From: Candidatus Electrothrix yaqonensis
GTDB taxonomy: Bacteria > Desulfobacterota > Desulfobulbia > Desulfobulbales > Desulfobulbaceae
Assembly (NCBI GenBank): GCA_047651235.1
Contig: CP178758.1
Span: 2,190,001-2,222,000, forward strand
Direction: 5' to 3'
Length of the DNA stretch: 32,000 bases
The notes under the pieces are model-generated. The model was not told the origin of the DNA, searched no databases, and worked only from the letters and a program-made list of their open reading frames with translations. Below are positions 15,301-24,102 of the stretch, in pieces (position 1 is the first letter of the stretch; each line of letters opens with the position of its first letter). Made by a program: the position numbers and the translations under genes.

Positions 15301-17616
15301 TCAGTTGTCCTTCCTGTATTTGGTGCTGTTTCTGCTGTCCTGTCGGGTCCAATCGCCGGTGTTGGTGTAGTTTGTATCACCGATCTCAAGACTCACCGTC
15401 ATGTTTCCGGGGAGGAGATTATTCAGGGCTTCTCCGTCAAAATCAACATATCTGATTTTGACGGTACAGGTTTCCTTACTGAAGATACACCGCACCATAT
15501 TGCCGTTATCGTCGCTGTAGATCATTCGGTTGCCTGACGCATCAAAGCTGGCTCCCGCAAAGTGGTATCCCGGAAACTCGAAAGTTAGGGGCGTTCCGTT
15601 TTCCGCAGCAGCCTTAGCTACTGTTTCAATATCAGTCACGCCTGTCATTTTAAACGCGGCAACGTCTCTGTGCCCTTGTGTTTTGTCAATGATCTGGCCA
15701 GTTGTATTTACTGGTACCATATAAGGCCTAACTGTTACAGTTGCTGCACAGGCAGCAGGAGCTCCCTCTTCATCCGTTACAGTCAATGTGACCTTGTTCT
15801 CTCCCAAATCGGCAGAGGTAAAATCTGACTTATCGATACTGAGTTCGATGGGACGACCTTCAGGACCGGATGATCCGCCGTCAATATCCTCGGCAGAAAT
15901 AGTAGCGTGCCGGTTTTCATCCAAAGCAACTTCTATATCTTGACATACAGCTTCTGGTGCCAGCACTGTGGCATAGCTGGATATGTCTACTGACAGCTCA
16001 ACGTTGCCAGTCGCAGATTCAATTAAGTCAACCCTTCCGCAATACGGAAAATACGGCACAACCAATTGGAAGTTCGCCTCATCTAGCCATGTCGGCCCTT
16101 CATAGCCTTGCTCAGCTTGTACTCTTCTCGGATCGGGAATTACAAACTCTTTCAGTACTGCGTTGCCATTCGAAACGACTTTTACCGTAAATGTGTCGTC
16201 TCCAGGGAGATATTCAGGTGGAGAGTCTACTACATAACTCTCTTTCAATAGGCTGAATTCTCCTGCTGATACTTGTATGTCCAACCATATTGATTTACCC
16301 GCTTCACCTGAAAATTCTGCTTCTGCAGATGCGGTGCCGGGGTTATTATCTAAGATCCATTGAATTCTTCTTGAAGCCGGTTGTCCCCATCCGTTAGTAA
16401 AGAAATTTCCGTCTCGCATGATGAAGTCGGTAGTAGTAAATTTCCACCAATCAGTAGTGCAGGTTGTAAACATATAACAATCATTGGGATCGCCCCATCC
16501 TTCGTCGGTTACATCAGCCCGACAATCGTCTTCCAAATCCCAAACATTCGGCATTGGATTAGGCTCAAAGCGATGTGTGGTACAATCAGGAGCGTCGTCA
16601 TATTCATCCGCCAGTCGGAATAATCCATGTCCTGCCTCATGAATAAATGACCTCCCAACAGCCCCTTCCGCACTGAATGTGCGTGGTATACCGTTAGTCC
16701 AATCACTGAATGTTTCGGTATGTAAGATACTAAAGGCTTCCACCCAAGGGGCAACTCGAGTTATGTCAGCGGGAAGGATGTGATTAGGTCTAATTGAATC
16801 TCCCTGCATTCTGGTGTAGTAGAAATTGAAGCTGTCAAGATTGCCGGTTACCGGAGTTGCTGCACCTAGTCTTTGATCAATCTGATCTTGAATGTCGTCG
16901 ATGAAATCCGGTAGCCATGTATCGATATCTGCCGGTGCTCCATAGTCCTCATCCGGTACAAATACTAAATCAATCCTGTCGTCATGTCTTCCAATATCTC
17001 TTCCTGGCACAGGGAGAACGGCCTTATTGGCATCTGTGCAAAGATCATCTACCACCCAGAAGTTGCCTGTATCATGAATCATGACATAGGCGATAGTTTC
17101 TCCTGCAGGAGCCTCAACAGTCAAACGAGTGAAGGTTCTCGTATTTAAATTGTTTTCAGCCCAACCACTGGTCGCTATTAATGTCCCATCATTATCATAG
17201 GCATCTAAAATCAGACCAGACCCTGTGCTGACAAGAACGGAGCAATAACTAGCCCCTCCCCCAAGGAAATCAATCCGCCCGGCATCTCCTAATGTTCCTA
17301 GCCAAGCAAAAAAATTTCCATTAGTTTCATAATACGCAGACCCGTAAGGATAAATGTTATATCGTTCAGTCCGAATATCCGCGTATTTCCAGTTAAATTC
17401 ATCTGTTGTAGTGAACTGGAGACTGGGAATTGTGCTTTCTATTTCGATATCGTCAATTCCCGCTTCAAAATCCATAAAAAAATCATCTGCATTTCTGCAT
17501 GAATTCGGGGTGCCAGCTGGCCAACCTTCTTCGACCTCAGCCTGAAGAGTCGGCACTCCTGTAATAAAAAACGTACTTGCCATGAATAATAACGTGGTGG
17601 GTAATAGGTATCTCAT
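15301..17616 (-). CDS. Secreted M64-type (IgA-peptidase-like) zinc metallopeptidase with C-terminal Ig/HYR-like domains
   Basis: 771 aa from the ATG at 17616 (GGAGG 5 nt upstream; the ORF track begins at GTG 17619). Signal peptide 'LLPTTLLFMASTFFITGVPTLQA|E'. Zinc motif 'FIHEAGHGLFRLADEYD' (HExxHx6DEY, characteristic of M64). The C-terminal 'CQDIEVALDENRHATISAEDIDGGSSG...VTLTVTDEEGAPAACAATVTV' is an Ig-like module. Confidence 0.8.
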   Translation of the reverse strand: MRYLLPTTLLFMASTFFITGVPTLQAEVEEGWPAGTPNSCRNADDFFMDFEAGIDDIEIESTIPSLQFTTTDEFNWKYADIRTERYNIYPYGSAYYETNGNFFAWLGTLGDAGRIDFLGGGASYCSVLVSTGSGLILDAYDNDGTLIATSGWAENNLNTRTFTRLTVEAPAGETIAYVMIHDTGNFWVVDDLCTDANKAVLPVPGRDIGRHDDRIDLVFVPDEDYGAPADIDTWLPDFIDDIQDQIDQRLGAATPVTGNLDSFNFYYTRMQGDSIRPNHILPADITRVAPWVEAFSILHTETFSDWTNGIPRTFSAEGAVGRSFIHEAGHGLFRLADEYDDAPDCTTHRFEPNPMPNVWDLEDDCRADVTDEGWGDPNDCYMFTTCTTDWWKFTTTDFIMRDGNFFTNGWGQPASRRIQWILDNNPGTASAEAEFSGEAGKSIWLDIQVSAGEFSLLKESYVVDSPPEYLPGDDTFTVKVVSNGNAVLKEFVIPDPRRVQAEQGYEGPTWLDEANFQLVVPYFPYCGRVDLIESATGNVELSVDISSYATVLAPEAVCQDIEVALDENRHATISAEDIDGGSSGPEGRPIELSIDKSDFTSADLGENKVTLTVTDEEGAPAACAATVTVRPYMVPVNTTGQIIDKTQGHRDVAAFKMTGVTDIETVAKAAAENGTPLTFEFPGYHFAGASFDASGNRMIYSDDNGNMVRCIFSKETCTVKIRYVDFDGEALNNLLPGNMTVSLEIGDTNYTNTGDWTRQDSRNSTKYRKDN

Positions 17617-17672
17617 CACATCCTCCCTAGTTGAATAATTTGCAGCAGAAAAATTCTGTCAGCGTACTCCAA

Positions 17673-18242
17673 CTACTCCAAAACAAATTCATTGGAGTAA
17701 ACTATATGTGCCTCACCTAATTCAATGGGCCTTTTCCACGGTTCAGATTCAACGTCTTCTGTTTTAACGGTATGCAAACTGTATCTGAATGCAAACCTGT
17801 ATTTTCCTCGTTCAATACTGTCAGGTGGAACAGACGCAAATCCCCCTTTGGATGAGCATATTTTCTGATTCCACTCGTAAACAAGGCTATCGTCTGCTTT
17901 CAACCCCGTTATAAACCCGATGGGCTGTTCATAAAGTGTCATGCGGCAGATTTCAATATCACCTTCCTGAAATGGCAGCCAAAAATTCATTCTTTTCCAT
18001 TCGTTGTTCTGGTACTTCTCGATCTTCCAGAAAACTAAATCAGGTTGTGGATAGCCTATATACCAAATAGGAATATCTAAATTGTTTGTTATTTTTAGAC
18101 TGACAATTTCATTCCAAATATATTGCGTTCTGTCTGTGGTTATGGCAATGGACAAGGATGTGGTTCTTCCGCTTTGCACGAAGAATTCTACTGACAGTAT
18201 AATCAGGAAACCAATAAGTAGACCAAAATTGATACCTTTCAT
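17673..18242 (-). CDS. Hypothetical membrane-anchored or secreted protein, beta-sandwich-like; co-oriented upstream partner of the M64 peptidase
   Basis: 189 aa. SD GGGGGA lies 6 nt upstream. N-terminal hydrophobic anchor 'INFGLLIGFLIILSVEFFV'. 'SLSIAITTDRTQYIWNEIVSLKITNN' resembles the first strands of BsuPI/DUF4352-type Ig folds (weak). It is 53 nt upstream of the peptidase gene. Confidence 0.6.
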   Translation of the reverse strand: MKGINFGLLIGFLIILSVEFFVQSGRTTSLSIAITTDRTQYIWNEIVSLKITNNLDIPIWYIGYPQPDLVFWKIEKYQNNEWKRMNFWLPFQEGDIEICRMTLYEQPIGFITGLKADDSLVYEWNQKICSSKGGFASVPPDSIERGKYRFAFRYSLHTVKTEDVESEPWKRPIELGEAHIVYSNEFVLE

Positions 18243-18407
18243 ATTATTTCCCCCTAATTCAGATTATACGCTATTCCTTTTTTATACAAGTTTTTTCAAC
18301 CTAATCTATTGATTAATCGTGAATAATTATCAATCCCGAAACTCGCAACCATCATCACCCGCCATTTACACAGGAACTGTTCTATTTCCCCGCCCCCCTT
18401 GAATCGC

Positions 18408-18436
18408 TTGACACCGAACATATTTTTGTTCATAGT
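18408..18436 (+). promoter_or_regulatory. Sigma70-like promoter of the five-gene cluster
   Basis: TTGACA (18408-18413), a 17-nt spacer, then CATAGT (18431-18436). This is ~33 nt upstream of the ATG at 18469. Confidence 0.45.
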
Positions 18437-18468
18437 ACCGCATTCGATCTCAACAGCAGGAACGTACT

Positions 18469-19332
18469 ATGCAGCCAGGCCCGGACCGCAGCTCCCGGAT
18501 AATGGGAGACGGACATGTTCATATTCACGATTCGTTTGACTGCGGCGAGCTGTTTGCCGCTGCGCTGAAAAATTTCACGCGGTATGCGCAATCGCTGCAG
18601 CTGACAGGGATGGTGCATTTTTTTCTCCTGCTCACCGAATCTGCCGGAACAGAGGCGTTTATCCGCCTGCGGGATGCTCACCCCGGACAGCACAACGGCT
18701 CCGGCGGATCTAATGGCTTCACTGTCCGGCCGACCGGTGATGCAAACTGCCTGCGCGTCGCCCTGAACAGCGGGAGCGGGGACGAACTCTTTGTTGTTGC
18801 CGGACGGCAGATTGTCACGGCAGAGTCCTTGGAAGTCTTGGCGCTCGGTCTGGATGCTCCCTATCCGGACGGCAGACCAATCCGCAAAATCCTGGAGGAG
18901 CTGCAGAAAAAGGACTGTCTGCTGGCCCTGCCTTGGGGGGCAGGTAAGTGGTTGGGAAAACGGGGTCGCATTGTCGAAGAAATCGTGACATCATTTCGGA
19001 GTCCGGCTTTTTTTCTCGGCGACAACGGCAACCGGCCCTTTTTCTGGCCAGGACCTGCTGTTTTCTCGCAGGCTGCCGCCGCAGGAATCTGGAATCTGCA
19101 GGGCAGTGATCCGCTTCCCTTTGCCGGACAGGAGCAGCGGGCAGGCAGTTTCGGTTTTCACTTTCCCGGAACCCTATATTCGGAGCATCCCTTTCAATCC
19201 CTCCGGCAGCAGCTCATTGACCCGGAAACTAACATCCACTCCTTTGGCAGACCGGAACGGGCCCTGCCTTTTTTTCATCTCCAGATCAGCATGCAGCTGA
19301 GCAAACATTTTTCCCGGAATTCCTCAAAGTAA
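18469..19332 (+). CDS. Hypothetical protein with weak PHP-like N-terminal metal motif
   Basis: 287 aa. 'GDGHVHIHDSFD' is reminiscent of the PHP/CpsB-type H-x-H motif, and there is a late 'GSDP'. The other PHP motifs are not evident. The stop is 3 nt before the GT4 start. Confidence 0.55.
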   Translation: MQPGPDRSSRIMGDGHVHIHDSFDCGELFAAALKNFTRYAQSLQLTGMVHFFLLLTESAGTEAFIRLRDAHPGQHNGSGGSNGFTVRPTGDANCLRVALNSGSGDELFVVAGRQIVTAESLEVLALGLDAPYPDGRPIRKILEELQKKDCLLALPWGAGKWLGKRGRIVEEIVTSFRSPAFFLGDNGNRPFFWPGPAVFSQAAAAGIWNLQGSDPLPFAGQEQRAGSFGFHFPGTLYSEHPFQSLRQQLIDPETNIHSFGRPERALPFFHLQISMQLSKHFSRNSSK

Positions 19333-19335
19333 ACT

Positions 19336-20514
19336 ATGAAAACGCTTGTCATCTCCCCTCAGCCCTTTTTCTCTCCCAGAGGGACACCGTTTTCCGTCTA
19401 TTACCGGACCATGATCAGTGCGGAGCTGGGTGAAGAAATCGATTTCCTCACCTACGGCCAAGGGCAGGATGTGCGCATTCCGGGCGTACGTTTTTTCCGG
19501 ACACCTGCGTTTTCCTTTCTCGGTGCAATCAAAATCGGCCCGTCCGCGCTCAAGCTGTTTCACGATATTTTTATTTTCATCAGGATAGTTGAGTTATTAC
19601 TGCGCAATAGCTATGACTGCGTTCATGCGCATGAGGAGGCGATTTTTCCGGCTGTCCTGCTCAAGCCGCTCTTCCGGTTCCGGCTGATCTACGATATGCA
19701 CTCCAGCCTGCCGCAGCAGCTGACCAATTTTAAATTTACCGAGTCAAAGCTGCTCATCAACCTGTTTACCTGGCTGGAGAACAAAAGCCTGGCAGCAAGT
19801 GATGCGGTCATTACCATTTGCCCGGATCTGTACAACTATGTTGAGTCAGAGCTTCCGGACAACAACAAGAATTTTCTCATTGAGAATTCAATTTTTGATC
19901 CTGTCCGTCTGGCCGATGCCCCTGCCACCCCAGATGGAAAAAAAGAGCTGCCTGTGCCTATCCCGGAGTCTTTTGTCCATCGGGTGGTGTATGCCGGAAC
20001 GCTGGAGAGTTATCAGGGCATTGATCTGCTGATCCAGTCTGTTGCCCACGTTATCAGGGAGAACCAGGAGGTCGGCTTTATCATTGTCGGCGGCACAGAA
20101 GAACAGGTGGAGCAATACAGCGAACTGGCTGCATCCTGCGGAGGCAGTCAGCATGTTCTGTTCACCGGACGGGTGCCGCAGGCAACAGCCAGAGCATACA
20201 CTGGACAGGCATCTGTGCTGGTTTCCCCCCGGAGCAGCGGAACCAATACCCCGCTGAAGATTTATGAACAACTGGCCTCGGGTATTCCGCTGGTCGCCAC
20301 CTCGATTTATTCTCATACTCAAGTGCTGAACGATGAGGTCGCCTTTATGGTGCAAGCTGATCCTGAAGGACTGGCACACGGTGTTCTCCGGGCAGTTGCC
20401 GGGAACGGAGAAGGACAGCGTAGAGCGGCAAATGCCAGGGCCCTGTACGATAAGCAGTATTCCAGGACTGCCTATATCAGTAAACTCCGCAGCGTGCTGG
20501 AGCGCGTGTCCTGA
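19336..20514 (+). CDS. GT4-family (GT-B) glycosyltransferase
   Basis: 392 aa. 'MKTLVISPQPFFSPRGTPFSV' is a typical GT4 N-terminus. C-terminal 'LVSPRSSGTNTPLKIYEQLASGIPLVAT' is the GT4 nucleotide-sugar binding region. The stop overlaps the next start (TGATG). Confidence 0.85.
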   Translation: MKTLVISPQPFFSPRGTPFSVYYRTMISAELGEEIDFLTYGQGQDVRIPGVRFFRTPAFSFLGAIKIGPSALKLFHDIFIFIRIVELLLRNSYDCVHAHEEAIFPAVLLKPLFRFRLIYDMHSSLPQQLTNFKFTESKLLINLFTWLENKSLAASDAVITICPDLYNYVESELPDNNKNFLIENSIFDPVRLADAPATPDGKKELPVPIPESFVHRVVYAGTLESYQGIDLLIQSVAHVIRENQEVGFIIVGGTEEQVEQYSELAASCGGSQHVLFTGRVPQATARAYTGQASVLVSPRSSGTNTPLKIYEQLASGIPLVATSIYSHTQVLNDEVAFMVQADPEGLAHGVLRAVAGNGEGQRRAANARALYDKQYSRTAYISKLRSVLERVS

Positions 20515-22412
20515 TGTGCGGCATCTGCGGTTTTGTCCGCTTCAAGGAACAGCAGTCGCCTGAGGCGGAGCAGCAACGGCTGGAGAGTATGGTCCAGACC
20601 CTGTATCACCGGGGGCCTGATGAAGCCGGTCTGGCGGTGCATGACGGGGTTGCCCTGGGAATGCGGCGTCTGGCCATTATTGATCTGGGCGGCGGCACTC
20701 AGCCGATCTACAATGAAGACCGTACCATCTGGACGGTCTTCAACGGCGAGATCTATAACTACCCGGAGCTCAAACACGACCTGCAGCAGCATGGACATAT
20801 CTTTACCACGAATTCCGATACTGAAGTCATTGTTCACGGTTATGAGCAGTACGGCGCGGATTTCCCAAAATACCTCAACGGCATGTTTGCCATTGCCCTA
20901 CATGACCGGAAGCAACGGCGCCTTATCCTAGCCAGAGATCATCTGGGCATCAAACCGCTCTATTACAGCTGCACGGATAGCCAGCTGATCTTCGGCTCCG
21001 AGATCAAAGCAATCCTGGCCGCTGACCTGACTGAGCGTTCCTTGGACGTAAACAGTCTGGCAGCTTTTCTCTCCTGGGAATATATTCCGGGGCAGGCCAC
21101 CCTGTTTGCTGGAATCCATAAACTGCTGCCTGGTGAGATGGCGATTGTTGACCTGGATCAGCCCCGATTCAATCCGAAACAGTACTGGGATATCCCGGTT
21201 CCGGCTTCTGAGGCAGAAAAGGATGTAACAGGCGCGGAGTGGGAAGATCGCATTCACGCCCAGCTCATGCAGTCCGCCCAGATGCAGATGCTCAGTGATG
21301 TGCCGCTGGGCGCTTTTCTTTCCGGCGGGGTTGACTCCTCGCTCATCGTCGCTGCCATGCGAAAAACCGGGCCGGTCCAGACCTTCAGCATCGGTTTTGA
21401 CGACCCGACCTATAATGAACTGGGCTGGGCCCGAAAAGCGGCGCAGCATCTGGGGGCAGATCATCAGGACGAAATCATCCGGCCGGATGTCCATTCTCTG
21501 TTTAACGAGCTGATGCGGTACATGGAAGATCCCATTGGGGATTTTTCCATCTTTCCCACCTTTCTTGTCTCCCGGCTTGCCCGGCAGCACGTCACGGTTG
21601 TCCTGAGCGGTGACGGCGGCGACGAGCTGTTCGGCGGCTATGAGACCTATCTTGCCCAGCAGACCTGTCGTCTCTATCAGCGGCTTCCCCGCTTCATGCG
21701 GAACGGAGCAATAGAACCCTTGGTGCGCCTCCTGCCTCCGACCGCCAAAAAAAAAGGGCTGATCAACAAGGCACGCCGGTTTGTTGAGGGGGCTGCTTAT
21801 CCGGAGGCAATGGAACACACCCGCTGGCGTATCTTTGTCGGCGAGCAAATGCGTTCTCAGCTGTTTTCTGCAGAGGCAGGGCAGGCAATAACCTCACCCG
21901 CTGCTGAACACATCAACCGGCTTTTTGAGCAGGCCGGAGGCCGGGAGGCCCTGCAGCGGCAACTCTATGTTGATGTCAAAAGTTATCTCTGCGATAATAT
22001 CCTGACCAAGGTGGACAGGATGTCTATGGCAGTTTCTCTGGAAGCCCGTGTGCCGTATCTGGACCGTGACCTTGTGGAACTGGCCTTCCGGGTGCCTGAA
22101 CAATACAAGCTGGAAGGCGGAGAGACCAAGGCGATCCTGAAACGGGTGGCGGCCCGCCACATCCCGAAAGACTGTGTTTACCGTCCCAAGGAGGGCTTCA
22201 GCATTCCTATCAAGCACTGGCTCAACAATGAATTCCGGCCTCTGCTTGAAGAATATCTGAGTAAGGATGCCGTACAAAAGAACGGTCTGTTTCAATGGCA
22301 GACAATCAGGCGCCTGAAGGAGGAGCATCAGAACGGCCGGGAGAATCACAGCCATATCCTCTGGTCACTGATTGTCTTTCATGACTGGCAGCGGCGCTGG
22401 TTAGCCGGTTAA
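20514..22412 (+). CDS. Asparagine synthase (glutamine-hydrolysing) family amidotransferase
   Basis: 632 aa. The N-terminus 'MCGICG' carries the Ntn Cys2 nucleophile. PP-loop 'FLSGGVDSS'. Also 'LSGDGGDELFGGY' and 'DRMSMAVSLEARVPYLD'. Confidence 0.9.
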   Translation: MCGICGFVRFKEQQSPEAEQQRLESMVQTLYHRGPDEAGLAVHDGVALGMRRLAIIDLGGGTQPIYNEDRTIWTVFNGEIYNYPELKHDLQQHGHIFTTNSDTEVIVHGYEQYGADFPKYLNGMFAIALHDRKQRRLILARDHLGIKPLYYSCTDSQLIFGSEIKAILAADLTERSLDVNSLAAFLSWEYIPGQATLFAGIHKLLPGEMAIVDLDQPRFNPKQYWDIPVPASEAEKDVTGAEWEDRIHAQLMQSAQMQMLSDVPLGAFLSGGVDSSLIVAAMRKTGPVQTFSIGFDDPTYNELGWARKAAQHLGADHQDEIIRPDVHSLFNELMRYMEDPIGDFSIFPTFLVSRLARQHVTVVLSGDGGDELFGGYETYLAQQTCRLYQRLPRFMRNGAIEPLVRLLPPTAKKKGLINKARRFVEGAAYPEAMEHTRWRIFVGEQMRSQLFSAEAGQAITSPAAEHINRLFEQAGGREALQRQLYVDVKSYLCDNILTKVDRMSMAVSLEARVPYLDRDLVELAFRVPEQYKLEGGETKAILKRVAARHIPKDCVYRPKEGFSIPIKHWLNNEFRPLLEEYLSKDAVQKNGLFQWQTIRRLKEEHQNGRENHSHILWSLIVFHDWQRRWLAG

Positions 22413-22429
22413 GCTGAATAGGGCATAAT

Positions 22430-23959
22430 ATGACCTTAATTAAACGTGACCATACGCAGGCGGAACAGGAGCAGTATGACCTCCTGATTATCGGGGGAGG
22501 GGTGTATGGAATTGCCCTTTCCCTGGTTGCCGCTCAGACTGGATTGCGCAGCCTGCTGGTGGAAAAACGGGATTTCGGTTGGGCAACCTCCTACAACTCG
22601 CTGCGGACAATCCACGGCGGTCTGCGCTATCTCCAGAAGCTGGATCTCAGCCGTTTTTTTGAGTCAGTGGCGGAACGCCGCTGGTTTATGCGGGAATTTC
22701 CCGGACTGGTCACCCCGCTGCCCTGCCTGATGCCGCTGTACGGCAACGGTCCATTCCGACCGTCTGTCTTCCGGGTAGCGCTGCAGCTCAACGATCTGCT
22801 TTCCACACAACGCAACTGCAGTGTACGACCGGAGCAAAAGCTGCATAACGGCCGGGTCATCAGCGCGGAAGAGGTGGTCCGGCTTTTCCCCCAGGTCGAT
22901 CGACAGGGCCTGAAAGGAGGCGCAATCTGGTATGACGGCGGGATGCCAGACTCCCAGCTCGTGGTTATGGAGATGCTACAGCAGGCATGCCGGAAGGGAG
23001 CCACGGCTCTGAATTATACAGAGGCGGAACGTCTGCTGCTGGAAAACAACAGCGTACAGGGACTCCGGTGCATTGATCTGGAAACCGGAACTAGGCATAC
23101 TTTCCGGGCCAAGGCGGTTGTCAATGCGGCCGGACCGTGGTGCCGCACATTAGCCGCCTCCTTTGACCGCGATGATCCGGCCCTGTTCAGATACTCCATT
23201 GCCTGGAATATCCTGCTGAATAAACCGGTGTTATCTACGCACTCGGTTGCGGTGAAACCAAAGGCTGCGGATGCCAACATGTATTTTATCCATGCCTGGC
23301 ACGGCCGGATGCTGGCCGGTACGGTGCATGCTCCCTGGAGCAGGGTTGAGGACACCCCTATGCCGACCCAGGAGGATATCGACAAGTATCTTGCTGATCT
23401 CAATTGCGCTGTTCCCGGCCTTCATGCGCAGCGGCAAGATATTCTTCATATTTACAGCGGCCTGCTGCCGGTGCAGGAACAGGGGACAAATCTTCTCTCC
23501 GACCGGGAAGTCATCAAGGATCACGGCAGGGCAAACGGGCCACAGGGTCTGTACAGCATATCCGGGGTCAAATTCACCACAGCGCGAAGGGTGGCAGAGA
23601 AGACGATCAAAATAGTCTTTCCGGAAAAGACGCCGTTTTCCGCCGACTGCACCCGCAGGCAACACGCCCCGATGCTCGATCATTTGGAGACGAAATTCGC
23701 CTATGACTGGCAGCCGGATGATACATCAGGAGAGAAAGATGATTCAGGTTGGCAGGAAACGCTTTCCGCCATCATTGGGGAGCAGGCAGTCTGTCATCTC
23801 GATGATCTGATTATCCGGAGAACCACCATCGGCGATAATCCGTCGCGGGCCATGCAGGCTGCTCCGACGATCAGCAGGCTTTTTCCGTGGGACGAAGAAC
23901 GACGTAATCAGGAGATCGCCCGGTTGCGGGAGTATTTCCTATCCAGGACTCCGGGGTGA
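22430..23959 (+). CDS. FAD-dependent oxidoreductase of the glycerol-3-phosphate dehydrogenase/oxidase (GlpD) family
   Basis: 509 aa. 'YDLLIIGGGVYGIALSL' (GxGxxG). 'ATSYNSLRTIHGGLRYL', 'VVNAAGPW', 'IYSGLLPV' and 'ISGVKFTTARRVAEK' are collinear with E. coli GlpD as I recall it. Confidence 0.8.
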   Translation: MTLIKRDHTQAEQEQYDLLIIGGGVYGIALSLVAAQTGLRSLLVEKRDFGWATSYNSLRTIHGGLRYLQKLDLSRFFESVAERRWFMREFPGLVTPLPCLMPLYGNGPFRPSVFRVALQLNDLLSTQRNCSVRPEQKLHNGRVISAEEVVRLFPQVDRQGLKGGAIWYDGGMPDSQLVVMEMLQQACRKGATALNYTEAERLLLENNSVQGLRCIDLETGTRHTFRAKAVVNAAGPWCRTLAASFDRDDPALFRYSIAWNILLNKPVLSTHSVAVKPKAADANMYFIHAWHGRMLAGTVHAPWSRVEDTPMPTQEDIDKYLADLNCAVPGLHAQRQDILHIYSGLLPVQEQGTNLLSDREVIKDHGRANGPQGLYSISGVKFTTARRVAEKTIKIVFPEKTPFSADCTRRQHAPMLDHLETKFAYDWQPDDTSGEKDDSGWQETLSAIIGEQAVCHLDDLIIRRTTIGDNPSRAMQAAPTISRLFPWDEERRNQEIARLREYFLSRTPG

Positions 23960-24102
23960 TCTCGTTGGACGGAAGAGGAGCGACGGAGCAGTCCAAACCC
24001 GCTACCAAAGGCGGTGGAGCCGAAAAAAGAGGAGGTAAACAACAAAACACCCTGCGCGGCAAGGCAATAAACGATAACCTTTATCTGCTAAGGAGTAATG
24101 CT

